Position numbers and translations under genes: made by a program
Shown: one piece after another, positions 18,451-28,991 of the stretch
Numbering within the stretch: position 1 is the first letter of the stretch
Layout: every line of letters begins with the position of its first letter
Notes under the pieces: generated by a model
What the model saw: only the letters and a program-made list of their open reading frames with translations
What the model was told of the DNA's origin: nothing
The model's database searches: none
Assembly (NCBI GenBank): GCA_964446655.1
Contig: CAYUPL010000003.1
Coordinates: 54,477 to 118,476 of the forward strand
Source of the DNA: an uncultured Desulfopila sp.
GTDB lineage: Bacteria > Desulfobacterota > Desulfobulbia > Desulfobulbales > Desulfocapsaceae
Length of the DNA: 64,000 nucleotides
Direction of reading: 5' to 3'

Positions 18451-20046
18451 ATGAAACTGCCGAAGGCACACGAAATGCAGGCACTCGATAAATGCGCCAC
18501 CGATTATTTTGGCATTCCCGGAATTGTTTTAATGGAAAATGCCGGACTGGGCACGGTGCTGATGATGGACCAGAAAATAGGCCCATGCAAAGGAAAATTT
18601 GCCATAATTTTTATTGGGCCGGGAAATAACGGCGGAGACGGTCTTGTTATCGGCCGTCATCTTCACCAGCGTGGCTGTGAACCAATCTTCTTTTTCCTTG
18701 TCAATCCTGATTCCCTGAGTGGAGATGCTGCCACAAATCTTAAAATAATCCGGCATCTTAAACTGCCCTTTCATGTTATCGACAACTCCACCAGGATTGA
18801 AACCGTTCCGGTTCTCTACAAACAGATTGAATCGAGAGGAAAACCTTGTTACTGCGTCATTGATGCCATATTCGGAACAGGGTTGACGCGGGGACTGGAA
18901 GGCCATTTCGCCAGCGCCATTAATTTGATCAACCGACCGGACTTTGCCCATAACATTCCTGTCGTATCCGTCGATATCCCCTCAGGTATGGACTCCGACA
19001 GTGGTCGTATTCTCGGAACCGCCGTCGTTGCCAATCTCACGGCAACCTACGGCTGTGCCAAGCCGGGTCAGATAATGCACGGCAGCTCCGAACTCACCGG
19101 CCGTCTCCATATAATCGACATAGGGATACCTCCTGAAGCATTTTCCAAATCACCTATTCCTACGGAGCTGGTAACAGACGACATCGCCCAACTATGGCTT
19201 AAAAAATTGTGCCGCGACAAATCTTCTCATAAAGGTACTCACGGTCATCTTTTTATCATTGCAGGGTCCGCCGGAAAAACAGGTGCGGCCGTTCTTGCTG
19301 CCCGTGGAGCAATGCGAAGCGGCTGTGGCTTGGTTTCCCTTGCCGCCCCATATGACCTCAACACGATTTTTGAAACCAGTCTGATTGAAGCAATGACCGT
19401 ACCTCTGCCGACATCTTCATCTATAGTCAATGTCAGTGATATATCTTTCATAATAAAAAATCTCAGTGACAAGAACGGAGTCGTCATCGGGCCGGGTCTT
19501 GGACTTGATAAACGAACGGCAGAGCTGGTTATTCATCTTTATAACAATGTCTCCAGGCCAATGGTTGTTGATGCTGACGCCCTTAATATCCTGGCAATAT
19601 ATCGAGACAAAATCAAAAAGCCGGCCGGGCCCAGAATTCTCACTCCACATCCGGGGGAACTTGCCAGACTGATAGGCTCAACACCGCAAGATATCCAGGA
19701 TAACAGACTTCAGGCCGCTCGACAGGCCCATGCTGCCTTCAATCATGATAAACAAATTATCATTGTCCTGAAAGGTGATGGCACCGTTATCGTTTCCGAC
19801 AATGGTGATGCCCTGGTAAACACCAGCGGTAATCCCGGAATGGCCACCGGCGGCATGGGAGATGTCTTAAGCGGTGTTATCGGTTCATTTATAAGCCAGG
19901 GGCTGCCCTGCCTCGAAGCCGCGGCTGCCGGAGTTTTTCTGCACGGCACAGCTGCAGACGATCTTTATGAAAATGCAGCATATGGATATTCCGCCACGGA
20001 AGTGGCGGATCAGCTGCCATTGACTCTTAAACGCTTTTTGCAATAG
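18451..20046 (+). CDS. nnr: Bifunctional NAD(P)H-hydrate repair enzyme Nnr (epimerase + ADP-dependent dehydratase)
   Basis: YjeF_N (GPGNNGGDG) plus a carbohydrate-kinase-like C-terminal domain (GSAGKTGAAVLA, GMATGGMGDVLSG). Confidence 0.92.
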   Translation: MKLPKAHEMQALDKCATDYFGIPGIVLMENAGLGTVLMMDQKIGPCKGKFAIIFIGPGNNGGDGLVIGRHLHQRGCEPIFFFLVNPDSLSGDAATNLKIIRHLKLPFHVIDNSTRIETVPVLYKQIESRGKPCYCVIDAIFGTGLTRGLEGHFASAINLINRPDFAHNIPVVSVDIPSGMDSDSGRILGTAVVANLTATYGCAKPGQIMHGSSELTGRLHIIDIGIPPEAFSKSPIPTELVTDDIAQLWLKKLCRDKSSHKGTHGHLFIIAGSAGKTGAAVLAARGAMRSGCGLVSLAAPYDLNTIFETSLIEAMTVPLPTSSSIVNVSDISFIIKNLSDKNGVVIGPGLGLDKRTAELVIHLYNNVSRPMVVDADALNILAIYRDKIKKPAGPRILTPHPGELARLIGSTPQDIQDNRLQAARQAHAAFNHDKQIIIVLKGDGTVIVSDNGDALVNTSGNPGMATGGMGDVLSGVIGSFISQGLPCLEAAAAGVFLHGTAADDLYENAAYGYSATEVADQLPLTLKRFLQ

Positions 20047-20054
20047 AGGTTTTT

Positions 20055-20504
20055 ATGAAACACGCTCAAGATATTATGACACGAGAGGTTCTGACTGTTT
20101 CACCCGAAACGACAGTAACAAAGCTCGCCCAACTCCTGATTGAAAACAATATCAACGGGGTTCCGGTCGTTGACGAGAACAATACTCTGCTCGGCGTAGT
20201 GACAGAGTATGATTTGATATTTCAACAGAAAAAAGTACACATTCCTACAGTACTCAATATTCTCGATTCCGTAATTTACCTTCAAAGTCCGGATAAAATG
20301 AAGGAAGAAATGCGTAAAATTACGGGGGTTACCGTTGAAGAGATCTACAGCAGGAAGGCTAAAACCGTTACCCCGGATACTCCTCTTGATGAAATTGCAA
20401 CCATTATGGCCGAAAAAAAAATTCACACTATCCCTGTTGTTGAGGACGGTAAACTCGTCGGCGTCATTGGCAAGGGAGATATTATAAAAACGCTTATTTC
20501 CTGA
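20055..20504 (+). CDS. CBS domain pair protein
   Basis: Two CBS repeats (IMTREVLTVSP..., IHTIPVVEDGKLVGVIGKGDII). Sits 8 nt after nnr. Confidence 0.85.
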   Translation: MKHAQDIMTREVLTVSPETTVTKLAQLLIENNINGVPVVDENNTLLGVVTEYDLIFQQKKVHIPTVLNILDSVIYLQSPDKMKEEMRKITGVTVEEIYSRKAKTVTPDTPLDEIATIMAEKKIHTIPVVEDGKLVGVIGKGDIIKTLIS

Positions 20505-20546
20505 ACAAGATGAAAATGTTGGTGTCAAATCCGGCAATCTGCTTTT

Positions 20547-21215
20547 TTACCATTGTATAGCCAAAAGCCCTTTGCTCTCAAGATAGTCGTTACACTTTTT
20601 AAAAACATCTGAACCGAGAAAGCCTCTGTGCGCCGACAGAGGCGACGGGTGGGTTGTCTGCAGCACAAGATGTTTTGTGGTATCAATTAATATCGCTTTT
20701 TTACCAGCAAAGGCTCCCCACAGCATGAAAACAACGGATTCTTTTTTTCGGGAAAGAGTCTCGATGATGTTATCGGTCAAGGTATGCCAGCCGATATTGG
20801 CGTGCGCGTTAGGTGTTTTCGCAATTACCGTCAGACTTGCGTTGAGCAGCAATACGCCCTGCCTCGCCCAACGGGTTAGATCGGTTGAGAATTCGACTTC
20901 CGGGCTGTTATTATAGATACTTCTGTGAATCTCTTTAAAAATATTGCAAAGAGAAGGAGGTGCCGGTATTCCTTCACGGACGGAAAAGCATAAGCCGTGC
21001 GCCTCCGGACCTAGATGAGGATGCTCATTAAAATATGGATCCTGACCGAGAATAACCACCCTTACAGACTCGAAGGTAGTCAATCGCATCGCATTGAAAA
21101 CATTTTCCCGTCTGGGGTAGACGTTTTTTCCGCCGGAAAACTCACCGTAGGCTTTTCCCACCAGTTCTCTGTGGTACCCCTGTTGGAGCAACGGAACCTG
21201 TTCTTCCCACAACAT
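20547..21215 (-). CDS. ung: Uracil-DNA glycosylase, family 1
   Basis: VVILGQDPY water-activating loop, GVLLLNA and HPSPLSA motifs. Confidence 0.93.
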   Translation of the reverse strand: MLWEEQVPLLQQGYHRELVGKAYGEFSGGKNVYPRRENVFNAMRLTTFESVRVVILGQDPYFNEHPHLGPEAHGLCFSVREGIPAPPSLCNIFKEIHRSIYNNSPEVEFSTDLTRWARQGVLLLNASLTVIAKTPNAHANIGWHTLTDNIIETLSRKKESVVFMLWGAFAGKKAILIDTTKHLVLQTTHPSPLSAHRGFLGSDVFKKCNDYLESKGLLAIQW

Positions 21216-21230
21216 CGACTTCCTCTTCGC

Positions 21231-22421
21231 TTAGGCCATCACAATAGTATCTCTATAATGAATATGTATTTTACCAAGTATCTCTGATAGATTATCTTCG
21301 TCACGGGCAATAACTGCATTGCACTCTTTCTGTATATTTTTAATCATATTCGTGTGCAGACATCTTGAAGGGTCCAAAAGAATCAGGTTGCCATTATTTT
21401 CGTTGAGCCTGACAAGCCCTGCTTCACCCTGTCTTTTTTTTCCCGAGAGAAAGATAACTGCAGCTCTTTCCCTGAAAACATCCGCTATTGAACGAATGGT
21501 CCGGTCCACAGGATACCTTTCTCGGGTGCTTCCGACTGAACAGCGTAAAGAATATTCAGCACTATAAGGCTTGAGGTGGATATTCTCATTATCACAACCG
21601 ATATAGCAATTTCCCCCTTGTATGGCAAGGCCGTCCCTGATACGAACAATGTTGATGGTGCTTATGGCATCAAGGTACTGGGTAAAAGCATCGACGTGCT
21701 CAACGGTACCATCAATGACTATAAGAATCGCACCATTCATGTCCTGACGAAGGTAAGGTACCAGTTTAAGGAGATTACAGTAGGCCCCTTCTCCCCCAAC
21801 AATAACAGAGAGGCAATTGGCTCTCCTGTATTTATTTCTCTGTTCCAGAGAAACGTATTCCCCACAGCGCGTGCAGATAACACCGCCCTGGTCTTCATTT
21901 TCTCTCAGAATCAGTTCTTCCTTAGAGCCGCATTCTTCACAGAACACCAGTGTTTTTACGGTAGTTTTTGACGTATGTTTCACGGGAGGACGGGGAAAAA
22001 CCGGTTCTACGGCTGTAATGGACATTTTTGCAGCACACAATACTTTCTCGATGAGGCTACGTTGCAAAGACGGATCGGATGTCGCAGTTAGAAGCGTGTC
22101 TTTACAGAAAAAATCCACCGCACCATTTTTCAGGGCATCAAAACACCGCGCAGTTCCTTCACGTGTTAACCGGGAAAATATAATGGTAGGAGTTGGCACA
22201 TGGATCATCAGATGTTGTAATGCCGTCATGCCATCCATGACAGGCATCTCAAAATCCATAAGAACTACATCAGGCTTCAACGCCCAGATCAGTTCAAGGG
22301 CCTGAATACCATTTACAGCTTCCCCTATAATTGTAATCCGCGGCTCAGAATGAAGCAGTCTGGTGAGAATTGCTCTGTATTGAATGGCATCATCTGCGAT
22401 AACAACACGAATATTTTGCAT
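21231..22421 (-). CDS. Response regulator with CheB-like C-terminal domain (catalytic triad replaced) and inserted zinc ribbon
   Basis: REC domain with DD / D (VVLMDFEMP) / K. CxxC...CxxC (FCEECGS...CTRCGE) in the linker. The CheB-like domain has GGEGAY in place of GASTGG, IDGT in place of QHMP and GKKRQG in place of GMGxDG. Confidence 0.8.
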   Translation of the reverse strand: MQNIRVVIADDAIQYRAILTRLLHSEPRITIIGEAVNGIQALELIWALKPDVVLMDFEMPVMDGMTALQHLMIHVPTPTIIFSRLTREGTARCFDALKNGAVDFFCKDTLLTATSDPSLQRSLIEKVLCAAKMSITAVEPVFPRPPVKHTSKTTVKTLVFCEECGSKEELILRENEDQGGVICTRCGEYVSLEQRNKYRRANCLSVIVGGEGAYCNLLKLVPYLRQDMNGAILIVIDGTVEHVDAFTQYLDAISTINIVRIRDGLAIQGGNCYIGCDNENIHLKPYSAEYSLRCSVGSTRERYPVDRTIRSIADVFRERAAVIFLSGKKRQGEAGLVRLNENNGNLILLDPSRCLHTNMIKNIQKECNAVIARDEDNLSEILGKIHIHYRDTIVMA

Positions 22422-22491
22422 TGATTTACTCGAAGCGTGGTCTGTTTTGCCGTTTGGGCCTGCACCGTAACGGGAGATCCTTGCACTTAAC

Positions 22492-22567
22492 AGAAAACTG
22501 ATTGAACGTATTAAAATATCATTAACTTGTTGAAAATTGGCACAATCTTCATGAGAAACCCGGGTTA
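22492..22567 (-). repeat. Partial copy of the 38227-38451 intergenic element (left end plus arm)
   Basis: The reverse complement of 22492-22567 aligns without gaps to 38227-38302 at 62/76 identities, including the terminal TA[A/G]CCCGG[G/A]TTTCTCATGAA and ATTGTGCCAATTTTCA. Confidence 0.85.
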
Positions 22568-22572
22568 GATCA

Positions 22573-23211
22573 TCAGGCCGAATAAAGATGATTCTCCTTT
22601 ATATATCTCAGTACAGCCGGGTGAACAAAGTTTTTTGCCTTTTCCGGCTCATCCATCATCTTACGTAATTTTGAGGATGAAATATCCGAAGTGTGAATAT
22701 CAAGGAAAAAAATTTTCCTGGCGGAGTCCTCATTATACCAATACTCTTTACACTTTTCATATTTAAGAAATTTGATGCATTTTAAAAAGGCATCCTCACT
22801 GAAACCGGGTCTTGCCGAGACGATAAAATGAACAGATTGTATAACGTCCTTATAATCTTTCCAATTAGGGATATCGAGGAATGCATCAAGACCTAAGATA
22901 AAATAGTAATCAATATCTGTTTTTTTGCCGGATAGCATATATGAAAACATGTCTATAGTATATGTCGGAGGAGAAATTGTTGATTCTATTTCAGAGATAG
23001 AGTACCTGGAATAGCCTTCCAACGACAGTCTGAGCATTGCAACCCTGTGGTGAAAAGCACTTACTTTTTCTTGAGTTTTATGCGGCGGCGAGGCAGCTGG
23101 AACAAAAACTATTTCATCCAGATGACATAACTTCATGGCACATCCGGCAAGTTGCAGGTGTCCGAAGTGTACCGGGTCAAAAGTGCCGCCCAAAAGACCT
23201 GTGGACCGCAT
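22573..23211 (-). CDS. nadD: Nicotinate-nucleotide adenylyltransferase
   Basis: GLLGGTFDPVHFGH (HxGH) and an ISSSKLR-type motif. Start overlaps the proA stop. Confidence 0.92.
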   Translation of the reverse strand: MRSTGLLGGTFDPVHFGHLQLAGCAMKLCHLDEIVFVPAASPPHKTQEKVSAFHHRVAMLRLSLEGYSRYSISEIESTISPPTYTIDMFSYMLSGKKTDIDYYFILGLDAFLDIPNWKDYKDVIQSVHFIVSARPGFSEDAFLKCIKFLKYEKCKEYWYNEDSARKIFFLDIHTSDISSSKLRKMMDEPEKAKNFVHPAVLRYIKENHLYSA

Positions 23212-24470
23212 CAGCTTCTCACCTGTCCCTCGCCGTATATCACAAATTTCCTGGTGGTTAACTCTTCAAGTCCCATGGGGCCATAAGCATGCAATTTTGT
23301 AGTGCTGATGCCTATTTCCGCGCCTAGCCCCAATTGCCCTCCGTCGTTAAAACGAGTAGAAGCATTAACCACTACCGCCGATGCATCTATTTCTCGTATA
23401 AATTTTTGCGCTAGAGAATAATCTTCTGTTACAATACACTCAGTGTGGTTTGAACCATATTGTTCAATATATTCTTTTGCCTCTTGATATCCGGACACTA
23501 CTTTCACGGTAAGGCTCAGATCGAGAAACTCTGTCCCCCAATGGGAATCCTGCGCATCTTGAATATGCTTCGATACGGCAACAGCTTTTTTGCATCCAAA
23601 AACAGTAACTTCTGCATTATGTAGAGCTTGAGCCAACTCTGGTAAAAACGTATCGGCCAGATGATGGTGAATCAGGAGGCCCTCCAAAGCATTACAAACG
23701 CCAGGCCTCTGGGTCTTGCTATTGAGTATGATTGGAGTGGCTTTGGATAAATCCGCCAGTCTATCTACATAAATATGACATACACCTTTATAATGTTTTA
23801 ATACCGGGATCCTGCTGTTTTGAGCAACATAGCGTATCAACCCTTCACCACCACGAGGAATAATGAGATCCACCAACTCCTCCTGCTGTAAAAGAACACT
23901 TACCGCCTGCCTGTCTGTCGTTGGTATGATTTGAATAGCTTTCTCATCGAGATCGTTTTGGCGCAGTGCTTCCTGAAGGACCTGTGCCAGAGATGCATTC
24001 GAATGAAAAGCTTCAGACCCACCTCGAAGTATGACACTATTGCCTGCCTTAAGGCATAAAGCCGCCGCGTCCACAGTAACATTTGGGCGAGACTCGTAGA
24101 TCATACCGACAACACCGAGAGGAATATTCATTCTACCAACCATCATGCCATTGGGTCGACGAGTTACTTCTCCTATTTTTCCCACAGGATCGGGTAAAAC
24201 GACAATTTCTTCAAGCCCGGTAACAATAGAGGCGACAACAGCATCAGAAAGATGGAGCCTGTCAAGCATTGCTTCAGACAACCCGTTTTGACGTCCTTGC
24301 CGGATATCCTTATAGTTCTCCGCCTGGATGTATTCTTTTTTTGCTTGCAGCAGTTCGGCAATCGAAGCGAGAGTACTGTTTTTGGCCGCCGCAGAAACTG
24401 AGACAAATGTCCGTGCGGCAATTCTCGCATTGCGGCATATTGCAACGATCTCTTTTTCGAAAACATCCAT
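23211..24470 (-). CDS. proA: Glutamate-5-semialdehyde dehydrogenase
   Basis: ALDH-fold ProA motifs (IYESRPNVT, catalytic-Cys context GVCNALE, HTECIVT). Confidence 0.94.
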   Translation of the reverse strand: MDVFEKEIVAICRNARIAARTFVSVSAAAKNSTLASIAELLQAKKEYIQAENYKDIRQGRQNGLSEAMLDRLHLSDAVVASIVTGLEEIVVLPDPVGKIGEVTRRPNGMMVGRMNIPLGVVGMIYESRPNVTVDAAALCLKAGNSVILRGGSEAFHSNASLAQVLQEALRQNDLDEKAIQIIPTTDRQAVSVLLQQEELVDLIIPRGGEGLIRYVAQNSRIPVLKHYKGVCHIYVDRLADLSKATPIILNSKTQRPGVCNALEGLLIHHHLADTFLPELAQALHNAEVTVFGCKKAVAVSKHIQDAQDSHWGTEFLDLSLTVKVVSGYQEAKEYIEQYGSNHTECIVTEDYSLAQKFIREIDASAVVVNASTRFNDGGQLGLGAEIGISTTKLHAYGPMGLEELTTRKFVIYGEGQVRS

Positions 24471-24490
24471 ACTCTCCTCCGCTGAAGTGT

Positions 24491-25648
24491 TTAAAAGACA
24501 ACAAGATTGTCCCGATGAATAACAACATCACTGTCTTTATAGCCAAGCTTCTGTTCAATACTGCACGAATTAGCTCCCCTTATGCGCGCGATATCCTCTG
24601 AACGATAATTTGTTGTTCCTACAGCAACAACAATTCCTTTATCATTGATACACTGTACCGAATCCCCAGCATTAAAAGTTCCTTGTACAGATAGAATTCC
24701 GGAGGGCAACAGACTTTTGCCAAAACCGCTAATCGCCCTTACGGCTCCGGAGTCCAATTTCAGCACCCCTCTCGGTTTTAAAACAAAGGCTATCCATTGT
24801 TTCCTGCCGTGCAGTTTTTTCCGTTGCGGTAAAAAAAAGGTTCCAACAAGCTCACCGGAAAATAGCGCACCCAAAATGCCCGCCATTCTGCCCGGACCGA
24901 TTAGAGACGCCCCACCGCCGTTGGTCACTTTTTTCGCCGCGGCAATTTTACTTTGCATTCCTCCGGTTCCGAGGGCACTTTTGCTGTGTCCTGCCATTTT
25001 TGCGATTTCCGGAGTGACTTCAGTAACGGTGCGGACAGGGACTGCATCAGGGGTAGTCAGAGGGTTTGCGGTATAGAGACAATCAATATCGGTAAGACAG
25101 ATAAACATATCGCCCTCCATGAGATTGGTAACGAGAGCACCTAGATTGTCATTGTCACCGAATTGAAGTTCTTCTGTCGCGACAGTGTCATTTTCATTGA
25201 TAATTGGAATGACGCCCATTTTTAGAAGTGTAAAAATGGTGTTTTTAAAATTAATATATCTATCTCTATGAGCCAGGTCGGCATGAGTCAGCAAGGCCTG
25301 AGCGATATTTTTATTATACTTCGAGAAAGCAGATTCATAGATTTGCATTAAGTGCGATTGTCCCACCGCTGCCAGTGCCTGCTTCTCTTGCAAAGAGATA
25401 TCCCGCTCCCCGTTAAATGCCAGTTTTTTTTTGCCGGCAGCAACAGCTCCCGAACTGACCAGAATAACTTCTCTACCGCAATTATTGAGATAAGAGATTT
25501 CTTTAGCGATGTTATCAATAACATCATAATTCATACCGGTACCGGAGGTAAGAACAGCACTACCAACTTTTACTATAATTCGTTTTGATTTTTCAAATAC
25601 TCCTCTGCGAGCCTCGATATCAGCTGATTTATCGTCAAGAAAGGTCAT
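24491..25648 (-). CDS. proB: Glutamate 5-kinase
   Basis: AAK domain (IIVKVGSAVLT, FGDNDNL) plus a C-terminal PUA domain. Confidence 0.94.
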   Translation of the reverse strand: MTFLDDKSADIEARRGVFEKSKRIIVKVGSAVLTSGTGMNYDVIDNIAKEISYLNNCGREVILVSSGAVAAGKKKLAFNGERDISLQEKQALAAVGQSHLMQIYESAFSKYNKNIAQALLTHADLAHRDRYINFKNTIFTLLKMGVIPIINENDTVATEELQFGDNDNLGALVTNLMEGDMFICLTDIDCLYTANPLTTPDAVPVRTVTEVTPEIAKMAGHSKSALGTGGMQSKIAAAKKVTNGGGASLIGPGRMAGILGALFSGELVGTFFLPQRKKLHGRKQWIAFVLKPRGVLKLDSGAVRAISGFGKSLLPSGILSVQGTFNAGDSVQCINDKGIVVAVGTTNYRSEDIARIRGANSCSIEQKLGYKDSDVVIHRDNLVVF

Positions 25649-25746
25649 CGTAGCCTGTGCCGTGATAGATTTTATAAATGATTACAGAAGAGCGTGACAG
25701 ACGAAGATAACATATAAACGGGGAATAATACAATAAGGTGAGCGAT

Positions 25747-26865
<1,119 letters not shown>

Positions 26866-26878
26866 TTAGTGGTAATGA

Positions 26879-27136
26879 TTATGCTATAGGGTAAATGCTG
26901 ACCCTTTTTTTGTCTTTTCCAAATTCCTCAAAAGTCACCACACCATCTACTTTCGCAAATAAAGTATAATCTCGTCCACAGCCCACATTGGTTCCAGGAT
27001 GAATTTTCGTGCCAAGCTGGCGGACCAGTATATTTCCCGCTTTTACTTCCTGGCCACCAAACTTTTTAACGCCTCTGCGTTGGCCTTGACTGTCACGACC
27101 ATTTCTTGAGCTACCGCCCGCTTTTTTATGTGCCAT
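26879..27136 (-). CDS. rpmA: 50S ribosomal protein L27
   Basis: [16 protein letters not shown]...[10 protein letters not shown]. Confidence 0.97.
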   Translation of the reverse strand: MAHKKAGGSSRNGRDSQGQRRGVKKFGGQEVKAGNILVRQLGTKIHPGTNVGCGRDYTLFAKVDGVVTFEEFGKDKKRVSIYPIA

Positions 27137-27202
27137 TACCTACTCCTCTTTATACCTGTCAGTTGCCTTGAAAATCAGAAGGTCCCGAGTGGTCACTCTA
27201 GG

Positions 27203-27514
27203 TTATACGGAGATCTCTTGTATAGCAAGTGCGGTATAATTTTGCCGATGTCCTTGCTTGAGGCGATATCCCTTTCTTCTTTTCTTTTTAAACACGATTA
27301 TTTTTTTGGCCTTGCCCTGCTCCACAATTGTTGCTTTTACTTTAGCATTTTCAAGAAGAGGGCTCCCGATGTCAATCTTTTCACCATTGACAATCATAAG
27401 AACGTCGTTGAGCTCAACAGTATCACCTATCTGTCCGTCGATTGTTTCGACTCGGAGCTGATCTCCCTGAGCAACCTGATACTGTTTTCCACCGGTACGA
27501 ACTATCGCATACAT
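27203..27514 (-). CDS. rplU: 50S ribosomal protein L21
   Basis: MYAIVRTGGKQYQV start at 27514. The upstream extension in the track was rejected. Confidence 0.96.
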   Translation of the reverse strand: MYAIVRTGGKQYQVAQGDQLRVETIDGQIGDTVELNDVLMIVNGEKIDIGSPLLENAKVKATIVEQGKAKKIIVFKKKRRKGYRLKQGHRQNYTALAIQEISV

Positions 27515-27758
27515 TATATAAACTCCATCTACACAAGTTATTCTATTGCGAACTGGCTGTATTCTCAAATTTTTCAATATGACATTTTAACAGGGCAAAT
27601 GTCAACGTTTTTTTATGCTCGGTTTTTTATACCACAGTGCTGCACTGTCCTTGACAGCATTTTTTCCTTTATTGCCAAACAGGCTGGTTGTAATCCATAT
27701 TCTGTTTCAATCGTGTATACAGCGGATCCGGAGATTGGTGCGATTATAACTCCAACGC

Positions 27759-27796
27759 AAAAAGGGAAAATGAAAAACTCGACTCCTCATTTTCCC
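27759..27796 (-). terminator. Rho-independent terminator after the AP2-domain gene
   Basis: A 10-bp stem GGGAAAATGA (27764-27773) / TCATTTTCCC (27787-27796), followed by TTTTT on the minus strand (27759-27763). Confidence 0.7.
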
Positions 27797-27827
27797 TTCA
27801 ACACAAAAAGAATTTTACGCTATCCGG

Positions 27828-28271
27828 CTAAGCGTTCTGCCCAAGCCTTTCAGCTTCTTTTTGTTTTCGTATGGCGCAGGCCTTATTAAAGGCGTTTTTC
27901 TTACCGTGCTTGGAAATGGACACGGAAGTTTTGCCCTGTTTACCACTTTCAGTCACCCAGCTTACCTCGTATCGGTTAAGCTTTTCATTTAATCGTACGC
28001 CTACAACTCCGGTGCCTGAGTTACTGACGGTAACCATATGCTTGTTGGTTCGAATTTTCCCAAGCTTTCCTTCGGTCTTATCCCGCCATGTTATCGCTGA
28101 AAGCAGACTGGAGTAACGACCTCCACATTTCTTGTCTGAGAAAAACTTTGAATGTGTCTTCCCCAGAAAACGCACTCGAACATACCAGCCATGAGTTCGT
28201 TTTGACTCCTGGTCGATTCTGGCAATATCTTTATGCTTTTCCAGTAATATATTTTTTTTGTCTTCTTCCAT
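27828..28271 (-). CDS. AP2/ERF-like DNA-binding domain protein (two AP2-like repeats)
   Basis: HGWYVRVRFLGKTHSKFFSD...SLLSAITWRD and GVVGVRLNEKLNRYEVSW...KHGKKNAFNKACAIRKQ resemble bacterial AP2 domains. It is monocistronic with its own terminator. Confidence 0.55.
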   Translation of the reverse strand: MEEDKKNILLEKHKDIARIDQESKRTHGWYVRVRFLGKTHSKFFSDKKCGGRYSSLLSAITWRDKTEGKLGKIRTNKHMVTVSNSGTGVVGVRLNEKLNRYEVSWVTESGKQGKTSVSISKHGKKNAFNKACAIRKQKEAERLGQNA

Positions 28272-28586
28272 CTTCTTTCCTTCTAAAATAGGTGAATGGT
28301 GATATAAAAACGTGTCATTTCATCAATGCCGGTTCGCTTTTCCCTACAATATGCGTTACTCTGGTTAACAAATAATGGTACTCCGAATTTACTTTGCCGA
28401 AATCGGTACTTTTTTAACGGTACCTAGTTAGTTGGTCAGGTGACCTATGTCAACATTTTTTTTCAACCCTGAGTATTGAAATTTTCAGCCTTTCATTACT
28501 CTAACAAGTTAAATCACCTTACCGGTTATTGCCATATTTTTCCTTCATCAAAGTGATATTATTTTACTATTACATTTAATAACAAC

Positions 28587-28961
28587 ATGTTAGAGATAAA
28601 TAAATTACTATTAACCATTGAAAAGCTTAGAAGTGTCGGCGGTTGCCCCTGGGATAGAAAACAGACTCCCGAGTCATTGCAAAAGTATTTGACTGAAGAA
28701 GTCGAAGAGCTACAGGCGGCAATCAAACAGCAGGACACTGATAATATGTGCGAAGAATTGGGAGATGTTTTGTACATTTTGATGATGCTGGCCGCAATAC
28801 AACAGGAACGTGGTAATTTTACATGGAAAGATTGCGTCGAAGGTATTGATGCAAAATTACAGAGACGCCATCCCCATGTTTTTGTAAAGCAAACTGTATT
28901 AAGTGAAAAAGAGTTGCGCCGGCAGTGGCAAAAAATCAAAAGCGAAGAGAAAAAAGAATAA
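28587..28961 (+). CDS. MazG-like nucleotide pyrophosphohydrolase (single-domain)
   Basis: LRSVGGCPWDRKQT, EExEE metal motif (LTEEVEELQ), ELGDVLY and RRHPHVF. Confidence 0.85.
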   Translation: MLEINKLLLTIEKLRSVGGCPWDRKQTPESLQKYLTEEVEELQAAIKQQDTDNMCEELGDVLYILMMLAAIQQERGNFTWKDCVEGIDAKLQRRHPHVFVKQTVLSEKELRRQWQKIKSEEKKE

Positions 28962-28962
28962 T

Positions 28963-28991
28963 TTGACACCTTCATCAGTTTACCCTATACT
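28963..28991 (+). promoter_or_regulatory. Putative sigma70 promoter of the rpsF operon
   Basis: TTGACA (28963-28968), 17-nt spacer, TATACT (28986-28991). This implies a 5' leader of about 240 nt before rpsF. Confidence 0.55.

Noticed and set aside
22538-22553. Sigma54-like TGGCAC-N5-TCAT motif (also present on the minus strand of the 38.2-kb element)
   Set aside because: The -12 element reads TCAT instead of TTGC, so the GC dinucleotide is missing. In the 22.5-kb copy it points antisense into nadD. The shared sequence is better explained as part of the repeat element.
27128-27889. 253-aa plus-strand ORF spanning the rpmA/rplU region
   Set aside because: It runs antisense through rplU and the intergenic and terminator region. 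The composition is odd (F/S/I/L-rich). L21, L27 and the AP2-like gene on the other strand explain the sequence.
28559-28975. 138-aa minus-strand ORF
   Set aside because: It is antisense to the MazG-like gene, whose translation carries clear family motifs. The minus-strand product has none.
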